58,969 nt of DNA from Perkinsus olseni (Eukaryota): contig JABANN010000160.1 in the NCBI GenBank assembly GCA_013115125.1, positions 1-58,969 of the forward strand. The letters run 5' to 3'. Of this stretch, positions 25,859-37,800 are shown one piece after another. Below the pieces are notes generated by a model. It was not told the origin of the DNA, did not search any database, and was given only the letters and a program-made list of their open reading frames with translations. The stretch's first letter is position 1. Every line of letters starts with the position of its first letter. Position numbers and translations under genes: made by a program.

Positions 25859-26431
25859 ATGACCAAAACTAAGCCGTTCAGTATCAGAGAGAAGGTTGAG
25901 TTCAATCAGTACTGGTATTCTCGCAAGACCATTGAAACTCTTGTGGATGAACTACTACACCTACAGCAGCGTCTGAAGCCGGATGGCCCCCTACGTGTTG
26001 CCTGCCTCTCGACACCCAGTGTCTACTTCACCCTAACAACGGCACCGGAAATCTCAGACAAGCTGGAATGCTGGTTTTTCGACTTCGACCCGCATCTCCT
26101 GCAGGGGGAGAGGTGTGTTAAGTTCGACTACCACGAGCCCAAGAATGTGCCAGTCGATCTGTGCCACACTTTCGACTGCGTCTTGATCGATCCCCCCTTC
26201 ATAACAAAGGAGGTGTGGGAGAATTATGCGACAACCGCAAAGCTGTTAGCTGCAAGTGGCGCCCACTTCATTGGCTCGAGTGTCCGCGAAAACGGCGAAC
26301 TTCTCCACGAACTACTTGAAATGATATCTGTACCTTTTCAACCATCGATCCCTAATCTCGTGTATCAGTATGACTTCTTTACCAACTACCCTCCGGAGGG
26401 CCCATTTAGGCATGTCAACAGTGAGGTGTAG
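25859..26431 (+). CDS. EEF1AKMT1: EEF1A lysine methyltransferase 1 (N6AMT2/Efm5 family), single exon
   Basis: 190-aa ORF with the family motifs FNQYWYS, VACLSTPSVY, FDFD, KFDYHEP and VLIDPPF. Confidence 0.9.
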   Translation: MTKTKPFSIREKVEFNQYWYSRKTIETLVDELLHLQQRLKPDGPLRVACLSTPSVYFTLTTAPEISDKLECWFFDFDPHLLQGERCVKFDYHEPKNVPVDLCHTFDCVLIDPPFITKEVWENYATTAKLLAASGAHFIGSSVRENGELLHELLEMISVPFQPSIPNLVYQYDFFTNYPPEGPFRHVNSEV

Positions 26432-27049
26432 CATGGCGAAGTTGGAGAGTGATTCCAGTATGAATCACGGCATTTGTGTTCTCGGATGAGGTTCTTTCGC
26501 TCTGCACTTGGGCTCAGGCAGTAGTGTAATACACCGAATTGCTGGAGAATTGCCTTCGAGGCGATTAGAGTGGCGAACGCCCTCCATGCAGTGGTTCTCA
26601 GGCGGGGCGTCACTTGTCGAACTGGTGTTGGAAGGCGTGGAACGCAGAATACGGGTACGACACCCGTACATGGGCTCGAAGTTGATCATTCTGAACAATA
26701 TAATACTGACCGTTCTTCCATCTTCGGCGGTGACATGCACGTTGATTCCGGCGTCTGCTGGTGTACCCATGTGCTCAGTGTCCCTGGGATAACCTCTAGT
26801 ACTGAAATTCATTTACAGAGCATTCGAAATTCTGGTTTTATCACTATGAACCAAATCGGACATGTTCGATTTCCGATGGGACGTTCCAAACCGGACACTG
26901 GCAAGCTAGTACAGGGAGCCTTTCATTGGAAGGCTTCCAATACGATACCATTGCAGGGCGACGTAGAAGTCACGATGTAACAGTGAGTCCTCGACGCGAC
27001 ACTAGCTCAAATCGTACGAAACATATGGACCTCCCAAGTCTGCCCGTCT

Positions 27050-27990
27050 TCCTGTAGCCTTGGAAAAAGCTGCCTCGCGTCTGGGGAGGGCGGGGCTCGG
27101 CTCTGAGGGCTGTCTCCACCTCATCACCAAAAGGAATGTCCCTTCGGGAGCAACGTCGCGCATTGGTCCGTAGGTGTCGGCTCGACCCAGTCGGCTCAGT
27201 CATGAATGCCTCCTATCCTACATGAGCTCGTTGAGTGGTTCAAGCGCCGATAATGGAAGCTTTTTCGGATATGAATATCAGCCTGACGCTCTGCCCTCTC
27301 ATGATTAGTTGAGCCCGTGGACCTCTAGGACTTTGACCATACATGCTGAGCGATCACTTCGCGGAGGCTAGTTCCGATACTGCGCGCTGCCCGAAGGTGT
27401 ACCCTCCCTCAGCCGTACGCACACACACTGACGACGCAACATCCATGTATCGAACACGTCACTCAGGCAAAGGTCACTTGGGCAATTGGACCTCATCTCG
27501 GCCAGTGACACTTGTGTAGAAGCTCTTGAATCCCTCCATGGGGACTGAGCTACCCACATCTCCCATCGGCGATGATGGCTGTAATGACGCTTCCTCGGCC
27601 GTGAGAGTCATTGTGAACAGCGCTGGATCGGAGTTCACTATTCTTAGCATCTGCATAAACGCGTGCGAAGTACTTCGTGCGATCCCTACGAGTGCAGCCC
27701 ACCTCAGTCGTCTCGCTTATTTGATTACATGCGGATATTATGCCGCCAAATTCGAGTCTGTAATCTTCGCAATTCCACCTTATAAAGAAATGGTCCTTTG
27801 CCAGATGAAATTTCGATGAAGCCCGCGATAGGTAATCGTCCCTCACCTGAGTCCCTCCGTGGTGCAGGACCGTACGGGAGCTTCCACTGGTAAAACACCA
27901 GCATAGTATCGACGCTCTGGTCGCACGCAATCTGTTCGGCCTAGCTGTAGTGAGTGGTCTCCAGCTGGGAGGACCTGAGAGCTGTTCAGG
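27050..27990 (-). CDS. Hypothetical multi-exon gene or relic
   Basis: Coding-like minus-strand pieces (ASSKFHLAKDHFFIRWNCEDY..., MEGFKSFYTSVTGRDEVQLPK) bounded by splice-like sites. No family recognised. Confidence 0.3.
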
Positions 27991-28136
27991 TGGGAGCCCG
28001 CCGGAGTTCGAGTGGCCTGGACTGGGGAATAGTGAAGCAACAAAGGCTCTTCACCTCGACTAGTGAATGCCCGGTCTGCCCTCCAAACACATCTGGGTTT
28101 TTCACTAATCGAGGCCAATGTCACTCCCAGAACTGC

Positions 28137-28239
28137 TTTGAGACAGTTTGTGCATAGACTCTGCGCACAAAGTGTCTCAAACTGCCAGAACATTTGAAGC
28201 TCGACTCAAGCTCTATGCCATAGAGCTTGAGTCGAGCTT
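28137..28239. repeat. Long double-hairpin scar, 8-mer gcatagag
   Basis: Left: 22-bp arms with 3 mismatches centred at c28159, preceded by gcataga. Right: perfect 21-bp arms centred at c28218, followed by catagag. Confidence 0.9.
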
Positions 28240-28699
28240 GGAAACAACCTCATGGCATCAGGTTCGCATGGCTTGAAATATTGATACTCGACTTGTGTGA
28301 CACAAGTTGGGTCGGACGTCGCGCTCGAGACTCAACGGGGTTCTCCGTGCTCTTCGTTACTCTACAATATCTATATGAAGGGCCCACTGCTGTTATGGCC
28401 GCCTTCGACCCTAAGGGCCCCCTAGAGGCTCAGGAGGGGCCTATGGAACACCTCGCACATGCCCACGACTGAGGCGCGAGCTGAGTTCACTGGGGCGACA
28501 TCCCTGCTTACCATGGCGAGGCAGTCGGGATCCAGTAGGATCGGGCGGAACTGAGACGACGGGCCCAGTTCGAAGTGACGAGGAAGTCAGCACTCTACCT
28601 TATTAGGCAAGCGCATAGCATACGCACCCGCACTCTCTTTAGAGGTCCCTCTGGTTGCAGTTAATAAGGAATTGATGATAGAGAATGTGTGGTCCAATC

Positions 28700-31600
28700 G
28701 GCCACCATAGTTTATCGATCCAGCGACGGCGACCAAGGGAGCGGCTTCGTCATGACCAGCTGAGAATCATAAGTTCGTTGAAGGAGTACGGACCATCCCC
28801 GCTCACCTGCAGAGTACTCATCCGGGTTGTGGTTGTAATGGTAGGCTGCATAAAGCATGCACTTGTCCAGGTCAGTATTGCACTGAGGAAATACAAGATA
28901 CTGCAAGATAGCAAGATGAGTCAGCATATCCTGTTTACCTCGTCGGAACATTTGATGACTCGTAGTGGCTCTCCGAATTTGCTCGATTGGAAGCTCTGTA
29001 TCACTTCCGGCCGTACCTGAGCCGAGCACACACAAACTCTAATGTGCCGGTAAGTCACCATGACGCCCTCTCCCAAACATTGACGTTGACCGAACCAACC
29101 AGCGAGTTGTGATAGGGAAGATGGATGCTGGAAGCGTCTGTAGAATGGAAGCTCGTACCGAGTCGAAGTCCCCGATGATGACGTCTGGTACCAGTTGGCC
29201 TCTGAACTGATCGTAGAGTCTGTTGGAACCGCCGTCTGCGCATATCCTGACTCCTGAGGATCACCAAGAAATAAATCTTAGCCGAAAACCGCCTCCCACC
29301 GGGTTGCGACGAGCTCGACGGCGCGAATGTGAGCGTAGTCAGGAGCACTAGGAGGGAGTATGCCAGGACATAATACCACACCAATTCGAACTGAGCGCAG
29401 TTAATGTGATGAGATAATATCATGTCGAACACCCGCGAGATGTCCCGCCAAAAACGAAAAGATATTTCACATTCTCTCAAGGGTTCAATTCGCCTTAAGC
29501 TGCTCAGGGATTTTCGATGAGGTTCATTTGGGTGCGTCTGTGAAAAGTATCATAAACAGCAGTAACACATATACTGAGAATGGAAGAAAGCGTCGCATCG
29601 AGCTAGGAAATACTACAGGGATTTCCCGCGCATTCACCGGCGGCTGGCAGTGCCGTAGAGACACACGGTCCGAGCGAATCGGTGAGTCTAGCAGGGTGGC
29701 TCCGCACGCCAAAAGCGCAACATCGTAGTTGTGCAAGGACACAACCATTGAACCCAAGCTTTACGCTAGTTGATGACTCTATCAGTGTTATAGATCGAAT
29801 GCCAGCAGTGCGCTCAACCAAGCACGCATGTCAGTCCAGCGGTCGTGGTCATGCAAGACAGTGCGCGAGCTGAGATACGGCACAAACGGCCGAATCGGCA
29901 TGAGAGCAACGGTAGGGTTCCGAGCGGCTAGTCAGAGGTAGAGAGGACAATTACCCGCAGTGTCCCACAGCTTCTTCATGGCTGTCCCCCCAGGTAAGGG
30001 AGAATTCAAAACGATGACGGCAAGAGGGCGGACCGATGACTGAAGCCCTGAGAATTAAGTGGGCTAGTTGACACGATGGAACCCCATTTCTCTCATGTGG
30101 AGACGCCGGAAGCGATCGAATCGCCCAAAGCTCATTTCACGAGAAGCATACCGAAAGGAGGGAGGTTTTTTGCTGCAAACGCTCTCACATAACTTTCGAC
30201 CGCTGTGATAATGGACAGCGGTCCTGTCGTCCTGTCTCACAATCTTGATCTTGCGCACTTAGAGACCATCCAATAAACTCCCTAACCAGCACCACCCTCA
30301 GCTCGGAAGAACTGACCAGCCGTTGCTGCTCCACCATTAAATTTGACCCTATCCCATGGACGCTGTGACCGCCCAATCACTGTGACCATTGGACGGATGG
30401 TCCACACACGCTTGTATACGCTCAGGCGGTGTCTACTGCGCAACTTATGAAGGAGACCCCGAGAGAGCTATATCCCGCCCGCTCAGCCTATTACCGGACG
30501 CCGAACTCCGCTGAAGGAACGGCCAAAGCTCCCAAACGGGCATGTGAGGGTGGAAACCAATCTCGGAAGTTTGTCGATCAGGCAGTAGTCGCCAGCCCGG
30601 ACTAGAGAACACAAGGGTCGAAATCATGTCGCGAAACATGGGCAAAAAACTCAGTACGTCATTTGGGTTGCTGAAAATTAGGGGGAACCATGCCTTGGGT
30701 TTTCCACTCTTCCAAACTGGTTCTGCGCAGCTCCGCCTGCAAACGCTTCTCCAGTTCTGACCGAGCGAGAAAGAGTGAGCGCGGGTCACAGACGACGCAT
30801 TGTGGATGCCATGCAGTATCAGCCGAGACGCGTTCATACCAAATGTTGCCGAACGAGCAGAAGATTAACAGAGACAGCACCATGCTACAGACCCTTATCA
30901 ATAGAGTTAACCCAACCCCAGAATACTACCATCGTTATCCTCTCCCCTCCTATACCGCCATACTGCTGCTCCCAGAGCAACCGCCGCCGCTGCTGCTGTG
31001 AGGGTCGTCGGGCGTGCCCGGAACGACGGCATAAAATCCTACACTACCGACCGTATAGAAGAAGCAACAGGTCTGAAGGTGGTCGATTCCCGTCGGGTTA
31101 TCGCCTCGAACACGCTGGCAGTACATTCTAACGACGTCGAGATCATTTTTTTACTGTCAACCAAACACGACAATTGTACAAGTATCTTACAAATGCTATT
31201 TGTGTATGCCACATTAGACTTATGGTGGGGCCCTCGGTAACCAACACTGACTTCACAAAATGGGGGGAAAGGGAGTCGACGAAAATCGAACGGCGGCAAT
31301 TACGATATAGCTTTTCCCAAGCTCAGAACGAACAACTCCGCTCAGCTACGATAAAAGCAGCAGCAGAGACGTCGCAAGAGTTTACTGGTGACCACAGAAT
31401 CGTAGCGGCGCTCGGTGAATCCAAAATGCCCGTTTAAAATGCCATACAACAACGGCGATGAGCATCTTGGGAGAGCGCCGATCGGGGCAAAATTGTAGAT
31501 AAGGTTATCATAGCTAGAAGGATACTGCTCCTGCCACAGGAGCGCGTCCACTTGATACGTTAGTCAGAAAACCAGTGCAGCGCAAAAGGAGAAATGCTCA

Positions 31601-32341
31601 AAAGGATGATACCGCGCGACGCCGGCTGTGGTCAAGATCGTCGACGGTGTGCTCATCAGCCAATACTCTGCTACTTTCCGATGGTGCCTGAAGGGAATGA
31701 ACTCACGGTGAGATGCGCCCGTTGCATTCCTTCGAATCCTAGATAAAGCGAAGCGATGTCGCCCAAAATGGTAAGTACACGAGGGCTTGGCTCTGTTATC
31801 AGCACGAATCAAAGGCCCAGCAACGTCGAGAATTACTCAAAATCACCATTGCACGAGCAAATCTGGCGGAAAGATCGATGCGCCTTTCGACCGTAATCGG
31901 TCGAAAAACCTGTTCCCCACGAAGGAATCCAACTTCGAAACATATCGAACAGCCAACGCTGCGCGCTAGATGCCAATTTGATACCACTCCTTCCCGAACT
32001 CCTACCAGAAGCTTGCCCTCCACACCGGTCCGCCTCGTCAATCTATGTTTGTGATACTTCAGCTTCGACCTCAAAATAATCTCCTCCTCGCGTCCGGCTC
32101 TATTGAGCGCCAGAAAACGCGGGGAAGCTTCGCCGTCATAGTCACAGTAAACCAAAACCCTCCGACGATCGCCATCGATGTCCGCCTTTAGTATGGCGAC
32201 ATCCTTCCGACCCCGATGACGGACGGGAGAGGCAACCGTAGTGGGCGTGAGGGCCCCTTGGCACGCCTGACGACGAATACCAGTAGAGCGAAAAGTAAAT
32301 TGCCGAGAAGTTGCAATACTCTGAGACAGTGCGATCATCAA
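28700..32341 (-). CDS. One or more lineage-specific hypothetical genes, multi-exon
   Basis: Several coding-like minus-strand ORF segments (28712..29035, 29524..29757, 31799..32341). No recognisable domain. Confidence 0.3.
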
Positions 32342-34843
32342 TAGACGGCCACAACACTATGGATAATCAGCCACAGAAATCAGATAATACACAAAATATC
32401 AGTCAAAATGATTTCAGTCTATTACTCCATCATACCAATTTTTCACCATTTCTCTTCCATTCCCATATGCCCATTCAATTATCATGCTCCACACGATTTC
32501 ATTTTTATAACGTCGCGGGCCGACAAAATGAAAAATGAACTATTTTTCCGCCATTTTTACATCAAGGGCGAAGCGCCGGTACACCGTGCGTTTCCTACGA
32601 GCGTTCATCCCGCGCACTACATCATCCCGTTTGGCATCTTTAGGTCTACGCTGCTTTTGCTGCTGTTGCTGCTGCTCTTCCCTCATCTTCCTTCCCCTTG
32701 CTTCCTCATCCTCTCTACGATTGCTCCGTGCCCAGCACCAAGCGGAGAGGGCCAACGAGAGGCCCAGTAGAAGGAACATAAACTGAATTAGTTGCAGCTT
32801 GCGTGGTAGTGACCGCCACGCCCTGAGAAAATACCATTGCTCCGGTCGTTTAGTCACGTCACTGACTTTGGAGTAATGACGCAAATTCAAGATATACACG
32901 ATTGATGCCGAATAGCGATGCTGAACGGGTGATGATGATAAACGGTGATGACGTTATGGGAACCACTGGGGCCCCTCACCAAAATGATTCCGGAACCGCA
33001 TTTCACGAATGAAAATCAATCTCAGAATCTATTATGAGTCTCAGAATCAGTCTGCGAACAGGGGGCTGAGTCCTAAATTCCGAGTTGGACATGGAAAATC
33101 GGAACGAGACGAGAACTTCCTAAATACTCGGAAATGCTTTGCTAATGCGAAATAAAATCAGCGAAAAGATCGATTTTTCATCAACCGTTGAATTTAAGAG
33201 CAAATATGCAATCCCAAGGCGCTTCCATATACTATGAACGCGATCATTGCCTTCCACACGCGTGAAGCACCGCGCAGTCTGGTCGCAACAAGCATTACCG
33301 ATGTCCGGGATAAAGTTAGGAGCCGCGGCCACTGAGACTGAGCTACCACGAAGAGCTACCCGAAGCCGATTCACTTTTATTTGGTTATTACCCAGCAACG
33401 TCCCTCTCCCATCCTTGAGGGGTTGAGATGGAATCTACAATAACCTCGTTAAGTGAGGCAAGATTTTCTCGGACACGGCCCACAGCGATCCCGAAGGTTG
33501 GCAAGGTCGACCAAAAATTGGAGACCAGGTCTTCGCCACTGCGGAAGAGAACCACCATGAGAGGAAAATGACGCTGACAAACGAGTACTCAGGTGGAAGA
33601 GACTCGAGAGTAGCGGCGGAAGGAGCCGAGCGCAGGAAAACGAGAGGGCGCGCGCGTGTAATGCAGGGCGTAGCGAGTAATTTCGTGGCGCGTGACTCTC
33701 GGCGCACTCCTATTCGGTGGAACAACGTTGCCCAGCATTTAATTCGACGTGTGAGAATAAAAAGGGAGAATTTAGGAGATTAGGTTTACTGAAGGCCCGG
33801 TGCCACCAGGCTGATGATAATTGATTCCCACCGCCTTGGTCATCTAACCTCATGCTGTTGAGAGACTGAGCACTTTGGGTCTTCATCTTCGACTGCCGCG
33901 ACGAGCCGGGTGAAGTCTAATCGCTCTGTGTGTATGCGTGGTACCTTTACGTTAATTACGGCGATTACGTTTACCTTTGTCAATAATTTGGATCTATTGC
34001 AAATATCCGTTACGAGTGACTGTTCTCTTCAACCGTGTAGAATCTACACTAGACACCTGTTTTTATGATAACATCATTATCATCACGACCAGCCACTACC
34101 CCGATCCTCACCGCACTGAGGAGAATCTCAACACTTCAGAATGCTGCAAAGAGGCCACTCTGCGTCCAAGGCCGCAGGTGAGATGCTGGGGAACAGCGCT
34201 TTGATTTTACCGAAATCGAGCGTTTATCTCAACGGGTGAGCGTCGATCTTTACATCACTGACCGGAGAGGAAATGCGACGGTTGAGGGTCTGGTGGGAAG
34301 GCGAAGGTATGGAGATGGGCTGTTTGAGAACACAACTCCCGGGTTTTCCCATCTGGAATCCAATCTTTAATCTGCTGTCTTCTTATCATCCGCCACTTAG
34401 CTTACCTTCAGCTCAGCTTCTTATTGGATCAGCAAGATAGGATCAGCGTTATAAACATTACGAAGGCTCTCGTCTTCGTCCATCATATACGTACAACGGC
34501 GGAGCATACTTCGAACCGTTGGTACTGAGTTGTTTAAGGCTCGTACGCGGCAGAGTTTCCTTCCGTTGACTGTGAGAAGTGTCTTCGAGATGGTCGCCAA
34601 ATTTTCAATTTCTGAGGAGCGGTAGAATGATGTACTCGAACTACAGTCGGACAAAAACTTTCACATAGTCGGACTATATGCGAGTTTTCATCTCTACACC
34701 AAAATCGAATATTGGAGATGCACCCGCGAAGTGGAAACCGCTAGCGAAAACCACATTACCCTTCGCGAAAATCGCGAGAAAAAAGGATAACCGCGTCAAG
34801 TTTTCTCGAAAAAGTATTTTTTACATAGCTAAAACAGGATGTG

Positions 34844-37800
34844 ATGAAGACGATTTCCTCTTTGCGGTCTTCGAGGTTCTACCATCTCGTGGTTAACGCC
34901 ATTTCTCGTTTAGCTGGTGCATCTCCATTGATAGTCATCTCAATTGCTCAGTACTTGTTCTTGCCCTCAGGTCGCTTATCCATAGACCCGTCTTCGTCCG
35001 AACCTTGTCCACTCAGCCAGCGATAGCTGATTCGCCGTCACCCGGCAAAATAGCAACAACTTTCGAGCCCTGGTGGAGTGGCGAGGAAATCGCAGCTGGG
35101 ATTGAGGCAGGAACGGTAGTACTGCATGGGGAGGTTTTCCTTCGTCTATTTTCACGGTTCGGATTTTCTAGCCTGCTATGCTGCTCATCATGCATTCCTT
35201 CTCTTCCCGCGCGGGCGAGATGTACCGTAAACTCTTTCTGATCATTGTTTCCAATGATTGATGCCTCTTGGTGGCATAGCTGAAGCAACGTGTCGCTGCT
35301 GAGGTCGTGTGGTTAATTATTTTAAGAACTCCGTACCACACTTTGCAGAAATCAGTTGGTGCTTCTAAGTCTGTTGTCGCTTCGATGAACGGTTTGTCCG
35401 TACGAACTACTCCATTCCATGATGGCATTTTCATCTGGCAAAATAATACGGAAAAATCTCGTTTTTGGAGGGTTTCATGTCGGTCTTGATTCAGGTTCGC
35501 TACGGTAGGCTGCATGTGCCAGCCTTTGAGACCGGTCAAGCTTCCGTCGAGCTAGATGCTGATGATGATGGGCGACGAGTCCGAGTGAAAGTACCGGGGT
35601 TCATGGCACGAAACCGAGCTGTGCATGGCGACAGAGTGGCGGTAGTAGTCTTTCAGTATTCCCACCGAAGGTGGGAAGTTTCGAACAGGTGCGACTTATG
35701 TGGAAGGCCTATAAGCGTGATGATAGTGGGTCAGATGGTACCGGGGAAGATGAGGCCTCGGTGGGGCGAGTCGAAGATGCCAGGGCTCGAGTGGTGGCGG
35801 TAATAGTCGTAAGGTCGTTGGACGAGGCCGATACGTGTCTAATGTTCTGAGTGCGTCACGAAGAAATGAACGGTATCTTGCTGACAGCAAGTTGCTGTGA
35901 GAATTCGGGAAACATTGGATATGTGAGAAAAAATGAAATTGGATAAAAATAATTTGAATAAAGATGGATAAAAATTACTGATATCTTATCGTAAGTCAAG
36001 ATTTTATATCGTTGAAGATTCGATCGTAAAGTGTTGTTCTTTCTTCGAGAAGTCTGTTGGTAACAGCGTATCCCTTCAGGTGGTGAGGAGAAGTGAGGTA
36101 CCCGTGGTTGGTGTGGCGCGCCCAGGAGAGACGAAGATTCAGCCGAGGGATCAGCGCCTGCCTGCCATGGACTTGATTCACCCGTGAGTAGAGGTCGAAC
36201 AGGGGGATTTCTTGGCACTGTAGATTCTGATAGGATTTTCGGATTTCTGAAGCTCGGACTCGATTTTGAATTCTCAGATTTTCTCAAGTCGAGGAGGGAG
36301 CCCATTTAGTGGCCTGCGAGATCGTCGACTGGGATGAGACTAGTGTGAATCCGAAGTGCAAGATGGTAGTAATTATTGGGAGGGAGTTGGAGTTTCTCCG
36401 ACCTTCGAAGGAGTGCTATTTGGACGCGTCTGTGGGTCTACGAGCAGGGCGCTTCTTTCGGGATTCCTCGATGACTATCACACACCAGTATCGTGGGAGA
36501 TGCAGCCTGTGACGGAGATAATGGAGTATGTTAAAAAATTAGGCAGCCACTAGGACATGACGAAAAATTAAGTCGCTATGACACATGCAAAAATGAGAGG
36601 ACTCCGAAACAAGACTTGCTGTCATGGCCAAAATGGAGTCTCTAAATGATCAATGTCAACTGAGTTCATTCGGCCCATCGTCGACACTGTATTCAATGTT
36701 ATCTGACCTCTTCTGACTTAGTCAAGCACCAGTGTTGGATACGTCTGCTCTTTGGGAACACTTCCTGGGATGCCAATGGGAAGAAGATGCTCGTCTTTTC
36801 AGGTGTATCATTTGGGGCCGGTCGGGTCGGGAGTAGCCGAGCACCGAGCTATCATGGAACGGTATGGCCTTACCAGCCAGGAGTATAGTGAAGATATAGA
36901 AGGAGCGTTGAGAGAACGGTAGTTTGGTGAGGGAGTGGTACTGCCGCTGGGAACGAGGTCATGGGCATCTGATGTGGCCTTGATGTTGGGGGATACGCTT
37001 TTCCTTGCGATCGCGGGTCGGCTGCTGTTACGTTTGCTGCTAGTAACGAAGTGGGCGATTAGAGCTGAGTTGGCCCCGCGTGAGGTGTGAGAGAGCTTGC
37101 CAGGGTGGTTGTGAGTGTGTATGAGAAAGATCAGGTCGCTGGTGTTATCTTTCTGGGGCGAGCGAGCTTTTGATCAGCCTCGCCGCGGAATCGTCGATAA
37201 CGCGTAGCTGTGACTGGAGAAGCGACAGTATCTGGCAGTGCTCACTTATGGATCTTGCTATCTTGGATTTCCTCAACGAATTGTTGGTCATCTGGAGGGT
37301 ATGCGCGGGTTTTAGGCTTCCATCGTCTGAGGCTGTGGTGGAGGAAGTGCGGAGGGGGAATGGTCCTAGGAGGTGGGACTTGAGGAAATGTAAGTGGGAG
37401 CAAGTTCAGCAAGATTGCCTGTTCTTGATGTACTTTTATCAGCACATCGTGTGATATCGATCGATCCACCGACTGCCCGAGACTTGGATGATGCGCTTTC
37501 GGTTGAGGTCAAGCCTGATGGAAGGCTGAGAATAGGGGTAAGGTGGTGGGATAGAACCGGGGACCTTCCGGTTACCGGGGATTTAGCATCCGCTTGGTCA
37601 TCAGGTCCACGTGGCTGATGTCTCACATTTTGTACCTGCGCACTCTCACTTGGACAAAGAGGCGGCTAGAAGGTCGACCACTGTGTACATGCCACACAAA
37701 GTGAGTTGGGGAAAAGTTGGTATAGCGGCATGGTCGTTGGCGATCTGCACTGTACCAGTGCTGACCGTATATCAGTTTACATGCGTGTGCATTGTCGATC

